From Clostridium sp. OM02-18AC (GTDB taxonomy: Bacteria; Bacillota; Clostridia; Lachnospirales; Lachnospiraceae), in assembly GCF_003481825.1 (NCBI RefSeq), contig NZ_QULW01000027.1, forward strand, positions 9,737-41,736: 32,000 nucleotides of DNA, in the 5' to 3' direction. Position numbers and translations under genes: made by a program. Under the pieces are notes generated by a model. The model had not been told where the DNA came from. It was given only the letters and a program-made list of their open reading frames with translations, and ran no database searches. Position 1 is the first letter of the stretch. The number at the start of each line of letters is the position of its first letter. Positions 1-8,055 of this stretch are shown here, piece by piece.

Positions 1-462
1 TATGATGATCAGCATCAGGCCCAGCCAGAAGTTTGGCATGGACGTGCCGAACAGGGCGAATATCATACCCGCTGTATCTTTCCATGTATTTTGGTGTATC
101 GCTGTGTAGATACCGAGCGGCAGGGATACCACTACGGCAATCAGTACGGCAGCTCCTCCCAGCATAAGCGTATTCGGAAGACGCTCCATAAAAGTCTTAA
201 ATACATCACGCTTGGTCACATAGGACTTACCCATGTCACCGGTCAGCATGCCTTTCATATAGTTGCCATAACGTACGATAAATGGATCATTCAGTCCAAG
301 GTCTTCGCGGATCTGCTCGATCTGTTCTGGTTTCGCGTTATCGCCTGCAAGCATCAACGCAGGGTCACCGCCGGTCAGGCTCATGGCCCAGAAGATCAGA
401 AATGAGGTTACCAGAATAACCGGGATCAGCATGATCAGTCTTTTCCCAATGTATTTCAGCAT
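1..462 (-). CDS. ABC transporter permease, peptide/nickel family (OppB/DppB/NikB-like); N-terminal part only, runs off the window start
   Basis: Absent from the ORF track because it is open at the window edge. The reverse-strand ATG at 462-460 reads MLKYIGKRLIMLIPVILVTSFLIFWAMSLTGGDP...FIVRYGNYMKGMLTGDMGKSY, a typical N-terminus of family-5 ABC permeases. It lies 155 nt downstream of the cognate binding-protein gene. Confidence 0.8.
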   Translation of the reverse strand, partial: MLKYIGKRLIMLIPVILVTSFLIFWAMSLTGGDPALMLAGDNAKPEQIEQIREDLGLNDPFIVRYGNYMKGMLTGDMGKSYVTKRDVFKTFMERLPNTLMLGGAAVLIAVVVSLPLGIYTAIHQNTWKDTAGMIFALFGTSMPNFWLGLMLIII

Positions 463-520
463 TTGCCTGTCGCTCCTTTTTGTGTGATAAAAGGCTTATA
501 TAGGTTACTCCTATATGGAA

Positions 521-550
521 ACTTGCGGGGCTTTTGAAGCACCCGCAAGT
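521..550 (-). other. Intercistronic stem-loop between the binding-protein and permease genes
   Basis: Perfect 9-bp inverted repeat acttgcggg (521-529) / cccgcaagt (542-550). No strong T-tract follows on the minus strand, so it is more likely an mRNA-stabilising or partial-termination hairpin of the kind seen after SBP genes. Confidence 0.5.
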
Positions 551-617
551 CTTTTCAGCCATTATGTTTTTGTTATAGAAGGATCCGGTTAGAGATCCTG
601 TTTCACCGCACTTCTCT

Positions 618-2240
618 TTACTCTGCGATGTATGCGTGACGCCAGTCATGGTTGCCGCCGCCATAGAAGTACTGTCCCTGAAGGTTCTTGTTGTATGCAA
701 CAACCAGGTTTGCAATGTATAACGGAACCTGCGGACATGCATCTACTAAGTAAGTCTGCAGCTCTTTTGCAGTTTCAAGACGTTTGTCCTGATCTTTCTC
801 GGTTGCTACGATGTCGATCATCTCGTCAGCCTTAGAATCAGAATAGTGATGATAGTTGGAACCGGAACCGGTATAGAACAGGTCACGGTATACAAAGTCA
901 ACCTTGGAGTCCTCGTTCCATCTCCACAGGAAGAGCTCCTGTTTTCCGTCTACACAGGTGGATTTTAAGGTTGCCGTCTCCATCGGTTCAAGGGTTACGT
1001 CAATGCCGATATCTGCCAGGTTTGCCTGGATGATGGTTGCAATCTGCTCATACGGAGCACCGGATGCATAGGTTAAGGTGGTGCTGATACCGCCGTCCGG
1101 ATAACCAGCCTCTGCCATTAAGGATTTTGCACGGTCTACGTCGTAGTCGAAACCATCCATGTCGTCATAGAATCCCCACAGGCCGCGGTTTAAGATGGTG
1201 GTCTGCAGTGTGCCCTTGCCGTATACAGCTGCCTCAAGGACTGCGTCACGGTCGATCGCACATGCAACCGCCTGTCTTAAGGTCTGGTTGTTCCACGGCT
1301 CTTTCTCTACGTTAAATGCGAAATAGAAAAGACGGGTACCGGTCTGCTCGTAAACGGTAATATTATCGTCATCCTCTAAGTACTGCAGCTCGTTGATCGG
1401 CGGATTTACGCAGACATCGATCTCGCCTGCCTGCAGTGCCATAACACGGGAGGATGCCTCGATGTACGGGCGGAACTCGATGGTCTCAGCTACACCAGGA
1501 GCCAGGTTGTCATCTGCCGGGAGATCGTTGCCCCAATAGTCGTCAACCTTAACCAGGCGACAGTACTCACCCTCTACCCACTCGTCAAACTTGTACGGGC
1601 CGGTACCGATGTAGTACGGATCCTCTACACCGTCATCGTAAGCCTTCTTGGACTGGATGGATAACGGAACCGATGCCAGGGACTGGATGAACTCGTTGTT
1701 GTATTTCTCAATCTCAATCTCGATGGTGTAGTCATCTACTACGGTACAGCCAACATAGCCTGCCAGAATGGAAGCTACCATGTTGCCGGTTGCCATATCC
1801 AGAGTGAATTTTACGTCCTCTGCGGTCATCGGGGTCTTGTCATCATCGTTGAAGTGTACGTCATCGCGCAGCTTCATCTCGATGTGGGTGTCATCCTTGA
1901 ACTCCCATGAAGTAGCCAGACATGGACCGAACCGCTCGTCTCCCTGGGAACCATTGTTAAAGAATACCAGGGTCTGATGGGTATTCTTTAATACGATGTT
2001 GTTGATCTGATCCTGTTGCTGCTGAAGATCCAGGTTGTTAATGTCAGCATCGGTACCAATGATCAGGCTATCCTTGTGCCCAACAGCCGTACTCCCGGCT
2101 TCCGTTCCTGCTCCTGCCTCAGAACCACCGGCAGTCTGACTTCCTGAATCAGAACCAGAACTGGTTTTTCCGCCTCCGCAGCCCGCTAAGGATACTGCCA
2201 TCATGGCAACACTGAGCAGCAATGCGATTTTTTTCTTCAT
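618..2240 (-). CDS. ABC transporter substrate-binding lipoprotein, family 5 (peptide/nickel, OppA/DppA-like)
   Basis: ORF 618-2282. The preferred start is MKKKIALLLSVAMMAVSLAGCGGG at 2240, preceded by GGAGGAA. It has a lipobox (LAGC) and a Ser/Gly-rich linker, followed by the family-5 SBP body. Confidence 0.9.
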   Translation of the reverse strand: MKKKIALLLSVAMMAVSLAGCGGGKTSSGSDSGSQTAGGSEAGAGTEAGSTAVGHKDSLIIGTDADINNLDLQQQQDQINNIVLKNTHQTLVFFNNGSQGDERFGPCLATSWEFKDDTHIEMKLRDDVHFNDDDKTPMTAEDVKFTLDMATGNMVASILAGYVGCTVVDDYTIEIEIEKYNNEFIQSLASVPLSIQSKKAYDDGVEDPYYIGTGPYKFDEWVEGEYCRLVKVDDYWGNDLPADDNLAPGVAETIEFRPYIEASSRVMALQAGEIDVCVNPPINELQYLEDDDNITVYEQTGTRLFYFAFNVEKEPWNNQTLRQAVACAIDRDAVLEAAVYGKGTLQTTILNRGLWGFYDDMDGFDYDVDRAKSLMAEAGYPDGGISTTLTYASGAPYEQIATIIQANLADIGIDVTLEPMETATLKSTCVDGKQELFLWRWNEDSKVDFVYRDLFYTGSGSNYHHYSDSKADEMIDIVATEKDQDKRLETAKELQTYLVDACPQVPLYIANLVVAYNKNLQGQYFYGGGNHDWRHAYIAE

Positions 2241-2605
2241 ACACATTTCCTCCGTTTTCTTATAATCATCCGGTCTGTGCAAACCAGATGTATTCCTGAC
2301 GCTTCATCAATAAACCTTATATACCAAATTTGAGCATAAAAACAGCGCAGTAGCACGACACCCCACCTTCCAATTGGATTTAAAACGAAATGTCCCACAC
2401 ACCTGCGCCGCTCTTTTTCTCTATGCAATGTGTATATTTGTTTATCAATATAACCAAAGTATATCATCACTTTGTGAAATACACAAGCGTTTTTCTTGTT
2501 TTTTCTTCGTTATTTTGTTAACTTTTCCCAAGTGTAACCTCTGTTTTTCATCAATTTTACATTATTCCCACTTTGTAAAATTAAATTTACCTTATATTTT
2601 TTGCG

Positions 2606-3310
2606 TCAGCGCCTTTTCAGCAATGCCTCTGCCAGGATCAGATCCTCCGGTGTTGTCACCTTTAGATTTTCATAGCTGCCTTCCACCAGACGGACCTTCG
2701 TGCCGCTTAAATGTTCCACTACCATAGCATCGTCCGTGATTCCTTTTTGAAGGGATTCGTCCGCCATCAGACGGTCGTAAGCCGCACGCACCAGCGGATA
2801 GGAAAATGCCTGCGGTGTCTGCACCTGCCAGAGTCTGGAACGGTCCGGGGTAGATTGTGCAAACCCGTCTGGATCGACCACCTTTATGGTATCTTTCACC
2901 GGCATCCCCACCACACAGGCTCCATCCTGCATGGCCGCGTAAGCCGCGCGGGAAATAATCTCCCCCGTCACCAACGGTCTGGCTCCATCATGGATCAGCA
3001 CATAATCGCACTTCTGCAGAGCCTTCAATCCTTCATAGACAGAATGATAGCGTTCTTTTCCGCCTGTCACAATACCGCAAAGCTTTTTCAGGTGCAGGGG
3101 CGCCAGGATTTCCTGACGCACATAATCTTCCTCACCGGCACCTGTCACCAGCACCATCGCATCCACAATACTTTGTTCAAATGCTTCCAGTGCATAAGAA
3201 ATCAGCGGGCGGTCATTTAACAGCATATACTGCTTCTGAATATCACTGTGCATCCTGCTGCCGCGCCCGCCGGCCAGGATCACTGCTCCGATCCGTGCTG
3301 TACCGATCAT
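2606..3310 (-). CDS. ispD: 2-C-methyl-D-erythritol 4-phosphate cytidylyltransferase
   Basis: 234 aa. It has the AVILAGGRGSRM nucleotide-binding motif and IspD-like sequence throughout. An RBS (GGAGAAGGAAGG) lies upstream. Confidence 0.92.
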   Translation of the reverse strand: MIGTARIGAVILAGGRGSRMHSDIQKQYMLLNDRPLISYALEAFEQSIVDAMVLVTGAGEEDYVRQEILAPLHLKKLCGIVTGGKERYHSVYEGLKALQKCDYVLIHDGARPLVTGEIISRAAYAAMQDGACVVGMPVKDTIKVVDPDGFAQSTPDRSRLWQVQTPQAFSYPLVRAAYDRLMADESLQKGITDDAMVVEHLSGTKVRLVEGSYENLKVTTPEDLILAEALLKRR

Positions 3311-3442
3311 ATTCCTGCCTTCCTTCTCCTCTTCGTTGCTGCCTAAGTGCCATTACTGTCATCGTCATTTTGCAGCATGGGAACAGCCGTGTTCCTTCAA
3401 AACGATGTATTTTTTCGTCTCTGATACGTTTTTTCGTTATTC

Positions 3443-4495
3443 TCAGCGCTCTCCCAGCTTCAGATTCGGTACCGCATTTAAATCCCAGCCATGCCGGGTT
3501 CCCTTTTTGTATTCGTAATAAGCCGCACAGCCGATCATGGCCGCATTGTCCGTGCAGAAGATCGGGGACGGATGATAGAAATGAATGTGTTCTTTGTCAC
3601 ACGCCGCCTGCATGGCTGCACGAAGAGCCGAGTTGGATGCCACGCCGCCGGCGATCGCCAACTTGTCATAGCCATACTCTTTTGCAGCCAGAACCGCACG
3701 GCTTACCAGTGCCTCTACCACCGCATTCTGGAAGGATGCAACCAGATCCGGCACACAGATCTCCATTCCGGTCATATGTGCCTTGTTAATGTAATTCAAT
3801 ACTGCCGATTTCAGTCCGCTGAAACTGAAATCGTATGGGGAACCTTCTACCTTTGCGCGCGGGAACTCAATAGCATGCGGATTGCCCTCTTTGGCTGCCT
3901 TGTCCACTTTCGGACCACCCGGATAGCCAAGTCCGACGGCTCGCGCCACCTTATCAAAAGCTTCTCCGGCCGCATCATCTCTGGTCCGTCCAATGATCTC
4001 GAACTCCCCGTAATCCTTTACGATGACCAGATGCGTATGTCCGCCGGATACGATCAGGCAGACAAACGGCGGCTCCAGATCCGGGTTTTCAATATAGTTT
4101 GCAGAGACATGACCTTCAATATGATGCACACCCACAAGTGGTTTTTTCGCCGCAAAGGCAATGGCTTTCGCCTCAGCCACGCCAACAAGCAGCGCACCGA
4201 CCAGCCCTGGTCCGTAGGTCACGCCGATTGCATCGATGTCATCCAGAGTCACCTTTGCATCTTCCAGCGCCTGGGTTACTACCTGGTTGATCTTCTCAAT
4301 GTGTTTTCTGGATGCGATCTCCGGCACTACGCCGCCAAACTGGGTATGCAGTGCGATCTGGGAAGAAATGACATTGGAAAGGATCTCCCGGCCATTCTTC
4401 ACCACAGAAGCTGCAGTCTCATCGCAGGAGCTCTCAATCGCCAGGATCAGAATATCCTTCTCTTCTTCGGTTTTCTTATTTTCTGTCTCCATCAT
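3443..4495 (-). CDS. tsaD: tRNA N6-adenosine threonylcarbamoyltransferase
   Basis: 350 aa. It shows Kae1/Gcp/TsaD signatures ([39 protein letters not shown]). Its RBS (GAGGAGGAA) is embedded in the 3' end of rnz. Confidence 0.95.
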   Translation of the reverse strand: MMETENKKTEEEKDILILAIESSCDETAASVVKNGREILSNVISSQIALHTQFGGVVPEIASRKHIEKINQVVTQALEDAKVTLDDIDAIGVTYGPGLVGALLVGVAEAKAIAFAAKKPLVGVHHIEGHVSANYIENPDLEPPFVCLIVSGGHTHLVIVKDYGEFEIIGRTRDDAAGEAFDKVARAVGLGYPGGPKVDKAAKEGNPHAIEFPRAKVEGSPYDFSFSGLKSAVLNYINKAHMTGMEICVPDLVASFQNAVVEALVSRAVLAAKEYGYDKLAIAGGVASNSALRAAMQAACDKEHIHFYHPSPIFCTDNAAMIGCAAYYEYKKGTRHGWDLNAVPNLKLGER

Positions 4496-4501
4496 TTGTT
4501 T

Positions 4502-5413
4502 TTATTCCTCCTCAAAGGTCAGCTCTCTGGTCCAGCCATCCCGTGCAGTCTTTGCTGCCGGGAAGATTTCCCTCACCTTATCAATAAATTCTTCCGGATG
4601 GTTTAAGGAAGGACTGTAATGCGTCAGCCACATTTCTGCCGGCTGCGCTTTCTTTGCCAGGTTTGCTGCCTCGTACATCGTCATATGCTTATATTCCCGG
4701 GCCTTGACTTCTTTTCCGTCTTCGCCGTACATGCCCTCACAGATAAACAGATCTGCATGGTCTGCGTACTCCGCGATGACCGGAACCGGTCTGGTATCCG
4801 TACAATACGTAACTTTCAGACCCTTGCGATCCGGTCCCAGGACCATATCCGGCGTATAAGTCACTCCGTCTAAGGTCAGGGTCTCGCCTTTCTGCAGGCG
4901 GCTCCATGCCTTCATCGGCACATTCTGCGCTTTCGCCCGCTCCACATCAAAGCGGCCTGCACGCGGAATGGAAATGGAATAGCCATAACAGACCACATTA
5001 TGGTTTACCCGGTAAGCATCGATCACATAAGGTCCGATATGAAACTGCTGTCTGTTTTCTTCCAGCTCGATAAACTTTAACTGGAATGGGAGCTCCGGTG
5101 CGATGGTGCGGAGCGCATTCACGACCCGCTCTAAGCCCTTGGGACCGATCAATGTGACCGGCTCCGTACGCTCAGCATTGCCCATCGTGAGAAGAAGCCC
5201 TGGAAGTCCACTGATGTGGTCTGCGTGGTAATGGGTAAAACAGATCACATCGATGGGCTTCGGGCTCCATCCTTTTTCTTTCAGCGCCACCTGCGTTCCT
5301 TCTCCGCAGTCGATCAAAAGACTGCTGCCGTCACAACGCGCCATCATCGCAGTCAGCCAGCGGTACGGAAGCGGCATCATCCCGCCGGTTCCCAGTAAAC
5401 AGATATCTAACAT
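4502..5413 (-). CDS. rnz: Ribonuclease Z / MBL-fold metallo-hydrolase
   Basis: 303 aa. It begins LGTGG, has the HxHxDH motif (THYHADHISGLPGLL), and matches RNase Z in overall length. Confidence 0.82.
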   Translation of the reverse strand: MLDICLLGTGGMMPLPYRWLTAMMARCDGSSLLIDCGEGTQVALKEKGWSPKPIDVICFTHYHADHISGLPGLLLTMGNAERTEPVTLIGPKGLERVVNALRTIAPELPFQLKFIELEENRQQFHIGPYVIDAYRVNHNVVCYGYSISIPRAGRFDVERAKAQNVPMKAWSRLQKGETLTLDGVTYTPDMVLGPDRKGLKVTYCTDTRPVPVIAEYADHADLFICEGMYGEDGKEVKAREYKHMTMYEAANLAKKAQPAEMWLTHYSPSLNHPEEFIDKVREIFPAAKTARDGWTRELTFEEE

Positions 5414-5461
5414 AAATCGATTAACCTCATTTCATTTGATGCTGATATCATAGCATAGCGT

Positions 5462-5704
5462 TTAGATGAATTCAACCGCTTCCTCGATTTCCGGGGCGAT
5501 CGCAAACTGCCGGATAAGCTGGTCATAGCACTCCTCACACAGATCCCAATGATGGATCTCGCCGTCTTTTTCAGAAAAGTAATCCCAGGAATAATGAACC
5601 GAAAAGCTTCCCTCCCGCAGGATGCCTCGCTCCACCACCTGTTTTTTTCCGCAGCCATTGCAGATGACCGATTCCAGGGTTCCGTTTGTCTGATATTTTC
5701 TCAT
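5462..5704 (-). CDS. Hypothetical small zinc-ribbon-like protein (80 aa)
   Basis: Two CxxC pairs (CNGCGKK and CEEC). It has its own upstream terminator and an AT-rich promoter region. I recognise no family. Confidence 0.55.
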   Translation of the reverse strand: MRKYQTNGTLESVICNGCGKKQVVERGILREGSFSVHYSWDYFSEKDGEIHHWDLCEECYDQLIRQFAIAPEIEEAVEFI

Positions 5705-5769
5705 GTCTTGTTCCTCACCTTTTCGTTCCTGTTTCTATACAGGTGTGCATTTTTTTATTCTGTCTTTTT

Positions 5770-5810
5770 AGAATAAAACAGGGGACACGGCACGTCGGCC
5801 GCATCCCCTA
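5770..5810 (-). terminator. Rho-independent terminator after rimI
   Basis: The minus strand reads AGGGGAtgcggccgacgtgccgtgTCCCCTgttttattct, a GC stem followed by a T-rich tail, 25 nt after the rimI stop. Confidence 0.6.
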
Positions 5811-5835
5811 CATTATAATAGAAATATTCGTAATT

Positions 5836-6276
5836 TTAAGTGGTAATTTTTTCCGGCAGATCCCGTTTCCACATGATCACGGCATCCTCGGCCGGGTTGT
5901 GATAATAGGCCTTGCGTACTGCCTCTGCCTGAAAACCATAGGATTCATACAGGTTTCTGGCCGCCAGATTGCTCTCGCGCACCTCCAGGCTGATGGCATA
6001 GGCCCGCTCGCGGATAGCATACTCTACCATGGCATCCATCATTTTTCTGCCAAGACCAAGCCTGCGGCTGTCCGGATGCACCGCGATCCGCTGTACTTCT
6101 CCCTCGCCTGCGAGGACACGCAGGTTGCAATAACCCAGGATTTTTTCTTCCTGTTCAAACACATAGTAGACATCGTACGGACTGTGGATCCCGGACTCCA
6201 GGATATGGTAGGACCAGTTTTCCGAAAAGCAGAGCTTTTCCAGTTCTGCTACCGCCGCAAGATCCCGTTCTTCCAT
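5836..6276 (-). CDS. rimI: Ribosomal-protein-alanine N-acetyltransferase (GNAT)
   Basis: The GNAT core (QRIAVHPDSRRLGLGRKMM) sits in the conserved position after tsaB. I prefer the ATG at 6276 (MEERDLAAV...). An alternative GTG at 6288 overlaps the tsaB stop as GTGA. The 216-aa ORF-track version overlaps tsaB and is not credible. Confidence 0.85.
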   Translation of the reverse strand: MEERDLAAVAELEKLCFSENWSYHILESGIHSPYDVYYVFEQEEKILGYCNLRVLAGEGEVQRIAVHPDSRRLGLGRKMMDAMVEYAIRERAYAISLEVRESNLAARNLYESYGFQAEAVRKAYYHNPAEDAVIMWKRDLPEKITT

Positions 6277-6284
6277 CCGGCGGA

Positions 6285-7040
6285 TCACTGTGCATCTCCT
6301 GTTCCGACACTGTGTCCGGCTGCCAGCTCTTCGGTCTTTCCCTGCCGCTTTGCCTCTTCCAGCTCGCGTTCTGCCTGAGCTTTCCGCAGGTAATCCGGCG
6401 CGTGGTCCATAGCCGATACCGTCTTGCCTTCCGCAAAATACAGACTTCCCAGAGCAGCAACACTGGCTCCTCTCTGGCGGTTGCACTGCGCCGGAGCAAA
6501 AGAAAACGGAACACGAAGTGTTTCCCGGATCACCTTTTCACTGACCGGAACTCCATCGCCCAAGAAGATCACACGCTCCCCACGGGCATTCAATTCCCCG
6601 GTCAGTTCATGAATGTCCATGCCGCACTGCGCTTTTACCACCTCAAATGCATCCTCATAATGATAAAGCCCCGTGTAAACCTGTCCTCTTCTTGCATCCA
6701 TGACTGGGCAGATGAGCGCAGAAGTTCCGTACAGATTGTACGCCATGGCATCCATCGTCGGCACATGGACCAGCGGCTTATTAAGCGCAAGTCCGAGTCC
6801 TTTTGCTGTTGCGGAGCCAATGCGCAGGCCGGTATAAGAGCCCGGCCCTCCGGATACCGCAATCGCGTCCACATCGTTCAGATCCAGTTCCAGCATGCGG
6901 GTCACCTCATCGATCATGGGGAGCAGCGTCTGGGAATGGGTCTTTTTTAAGTTTACGGTATATTCTGCCGTTACCAGTCCATCAGTCACCACAGCCACAG
7001 AAGCCACCAGCGACGAGCTTTCTATTCCAAGTGTTTTCAT
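6285..7040 (-). CDS. tsaB: tRNA threonylcarbamoyladenosine biosynthesis protein TsaB
   Basis: 251 aa. It has the YeaZ/TsaB N-terminus (MKTLGIESSSLVASVAVV). Its ATGA start overlaps the tsaE stop. Confidence 0.9.
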   Translation of the reverse strand: MKTLGIESSSLVASVAVVTDGLVTAEYTVNLKKTHSQTLLPMIDEVTRMLELDLNDVDAIAVSGGPGSYTGLRIGSATAKGLGLALNKPLVHVPTMDAMAYNLYGTSALICPVMDARRGQVYTGLYHYEDAFEVVKAQCGMDIHELTGELNARGERVIFLGDGVPVSEKVIRETLRVPFSFAPAQCNRQRGASVAALGSLYFAEGKTVSAMDHAPDYLRKAQAERELEEAKRQGKTEELAAGHSVGTGDAQ

Positions 7041-7465
7041 GACAATCCCTCCACCGTTATCTTCCGGTAATCAAATCCCTGTTCCAGATCCTTCTCAATC
7101 CGGATGCGGACCACCTGTTCCGGTAAAATTTCCGGGATCAGCTGGGACCACTCGATCAGGCAGACGCCTTCCCCGTAAAAGCAATCCTCGTAGCCGATCT
7201 CATCCATCTCGCTGACATCCCCGATCCGGTATACATCAAAATGATACAGCGGCAGACGCCCGCTGTCATACTGCTGCACGATCGTAAAGGTCGGGCTGTT
7301 TACCGGTTCCTCAATACCAAGCCCGGCTGCAAAACCCTGGGTAAAAATCGTCTTGCCCACTCCAAGATCTCCGTCCAGACAGTAAATCTCACCCGCTTTT
7401 GCCTGCTCACCCAGGCGTTTTCCAAGGGCAAAGGTTTCCTCCGGGCTGTTGCTTCTATATTCCAT
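7037..7465 (-). CDS. tsaE: tRNA threonylcarbamoyladenosine biosynthesis ATPase TsaE
   Basis: 142 aa. It has the Walker A-like motif GDLGVGKT and the SPTFT motif typical of YjeE/TsaE. Confidence 0.92.
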   Translation of the reverse strand: MEYRSNSPEETFALGKRLGEQAKAGEIYCLDGDLGVGKTIFTQGFAAGLGIEEPVNSPTFTIVQQYDSGRLPLYHFDVYRIGDVSEMDEIGYEDCFYGEGVCLIEWSQLIPEILPEQVVRIRIEKDLEQGFDYRKITVEGLS

Positions 7466-7992
7466 CAGATTTTCCTCCGTTTTTCTTTCGGAAGATGCGC
7501 CGTTACCAACTCGCGGAATGCCTCTTCCTGATCTCCCAGCGCTGTTTTCGGAAGCAGATAGGCATGGACACGGTCCATATACAGAATATACATGGATCGT
7601 TTCGCATCCAAAAGCCCCATCTGTTCCCAGGTAAATTCCGCCTGATTGTCCGTCTGGCTGACCGTCAGTTTTTCATCATCGAATACCAGACGCATCGGAT
7701 CCTTGACTGCCGGGCGCTTCGCCTGTTTTTTCGCCTTGGTCCACAGCAAAAATGGCTGCCAGACCGTAAAGATCAGGGCGCAGATTACAAGCAGACAACG
7801 GTATGGAGTGGTTGTGCCGCTCCACCGGAAGATTAAAAGATACAGCGCCGCCAGCGTAAACAGCAGATTAAAGATTCCCATCAGTCCGGCGTTCGCGTGA
7901 TACATGGAAAACGCCCAGAGATCTTTTTCCGTGACGGTTAAAGTGACATCCACAGTTTTTCCCGTCTGGACTGCTTCGTTTGTCATTCGCAC
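7465..7992 (-). CDS. YcxB-like membrane protein
   Basis: 175 aa. It has two central hydrophobic helices and a C-terminal YcxB-type region (assignment from memory). It overlaps the tsaE start by 1 nt. Confidence 0.65.
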   Translation of the reverse strand: MRMTNEAVQTGKTVDVTLTVTEKDLWAFSMYHANAGLMGIFNLLFTLAALYLLIFRWSGTTTPYRCLLVICALIFTVWQPFLLWTKAKKQAKRPAVKDPMRLVFDDEKLTVSQTDNQAEFTWEQMGLLDAKRSMYILYMDRVHAYLLPKTALGDQEEAFRELVTAHLPKEKRRKI

Positions 7993-8055
7993 TCACCGTT
8001 CCTTTCTATCAACAGTTTTATTTTTTGCAGCTGTAATATTCGGAATCATTCTGTT

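Noticed and set aside
91-742. Track ORFs 91-405 (plus strand) and 365-742 (minus strand)
   Set aside because: Both overlap the well-supported minus-strand permease N-terminus, the intercistronic hairpin region and the 3' end of the binding-protein gene. Both lack an RBS and recognisable motifs.
2241-2605. Long AT-rich 5' region of the ABC transporter operon, examined for a T-box, riboswitch, cre site or CodY box
   Set aside because: GGAAGGTGGGGTGTCGTG only loosely resembles the T-box core, and no specifier or antiterminator architecture could be built by eye. TGTGAAATACACA and the AATTTTACATTATTC-type tracts match the cre and CodY consensus sequences poorly. It needs a covariance-model scan rather than a claim.
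3491-4606. 371-aa plus-strand ORF antisense to tsaD; similar cases at 23033-24085 (antisense to pepT), 15247-15897 (antisense to secA) and 21548-22174 (antisense to the LysR gene)
   Set aside because: In each case the opposite strand encodes a protein with clear family signatures. The antisense products are Arg/His/Cys/Leu-rich with no motifs or ribosome-binding sites.
5836-6486. 216-aa version of rimI with a 70-residue Arg/Gly-rich N-terminal extension
   Set aside because: The extension lies entirely inside the tsaB coding region in another frame and has no GNAT similarity. The internal ATG (6276) or GTG (6288) gives a normal-length RimI.
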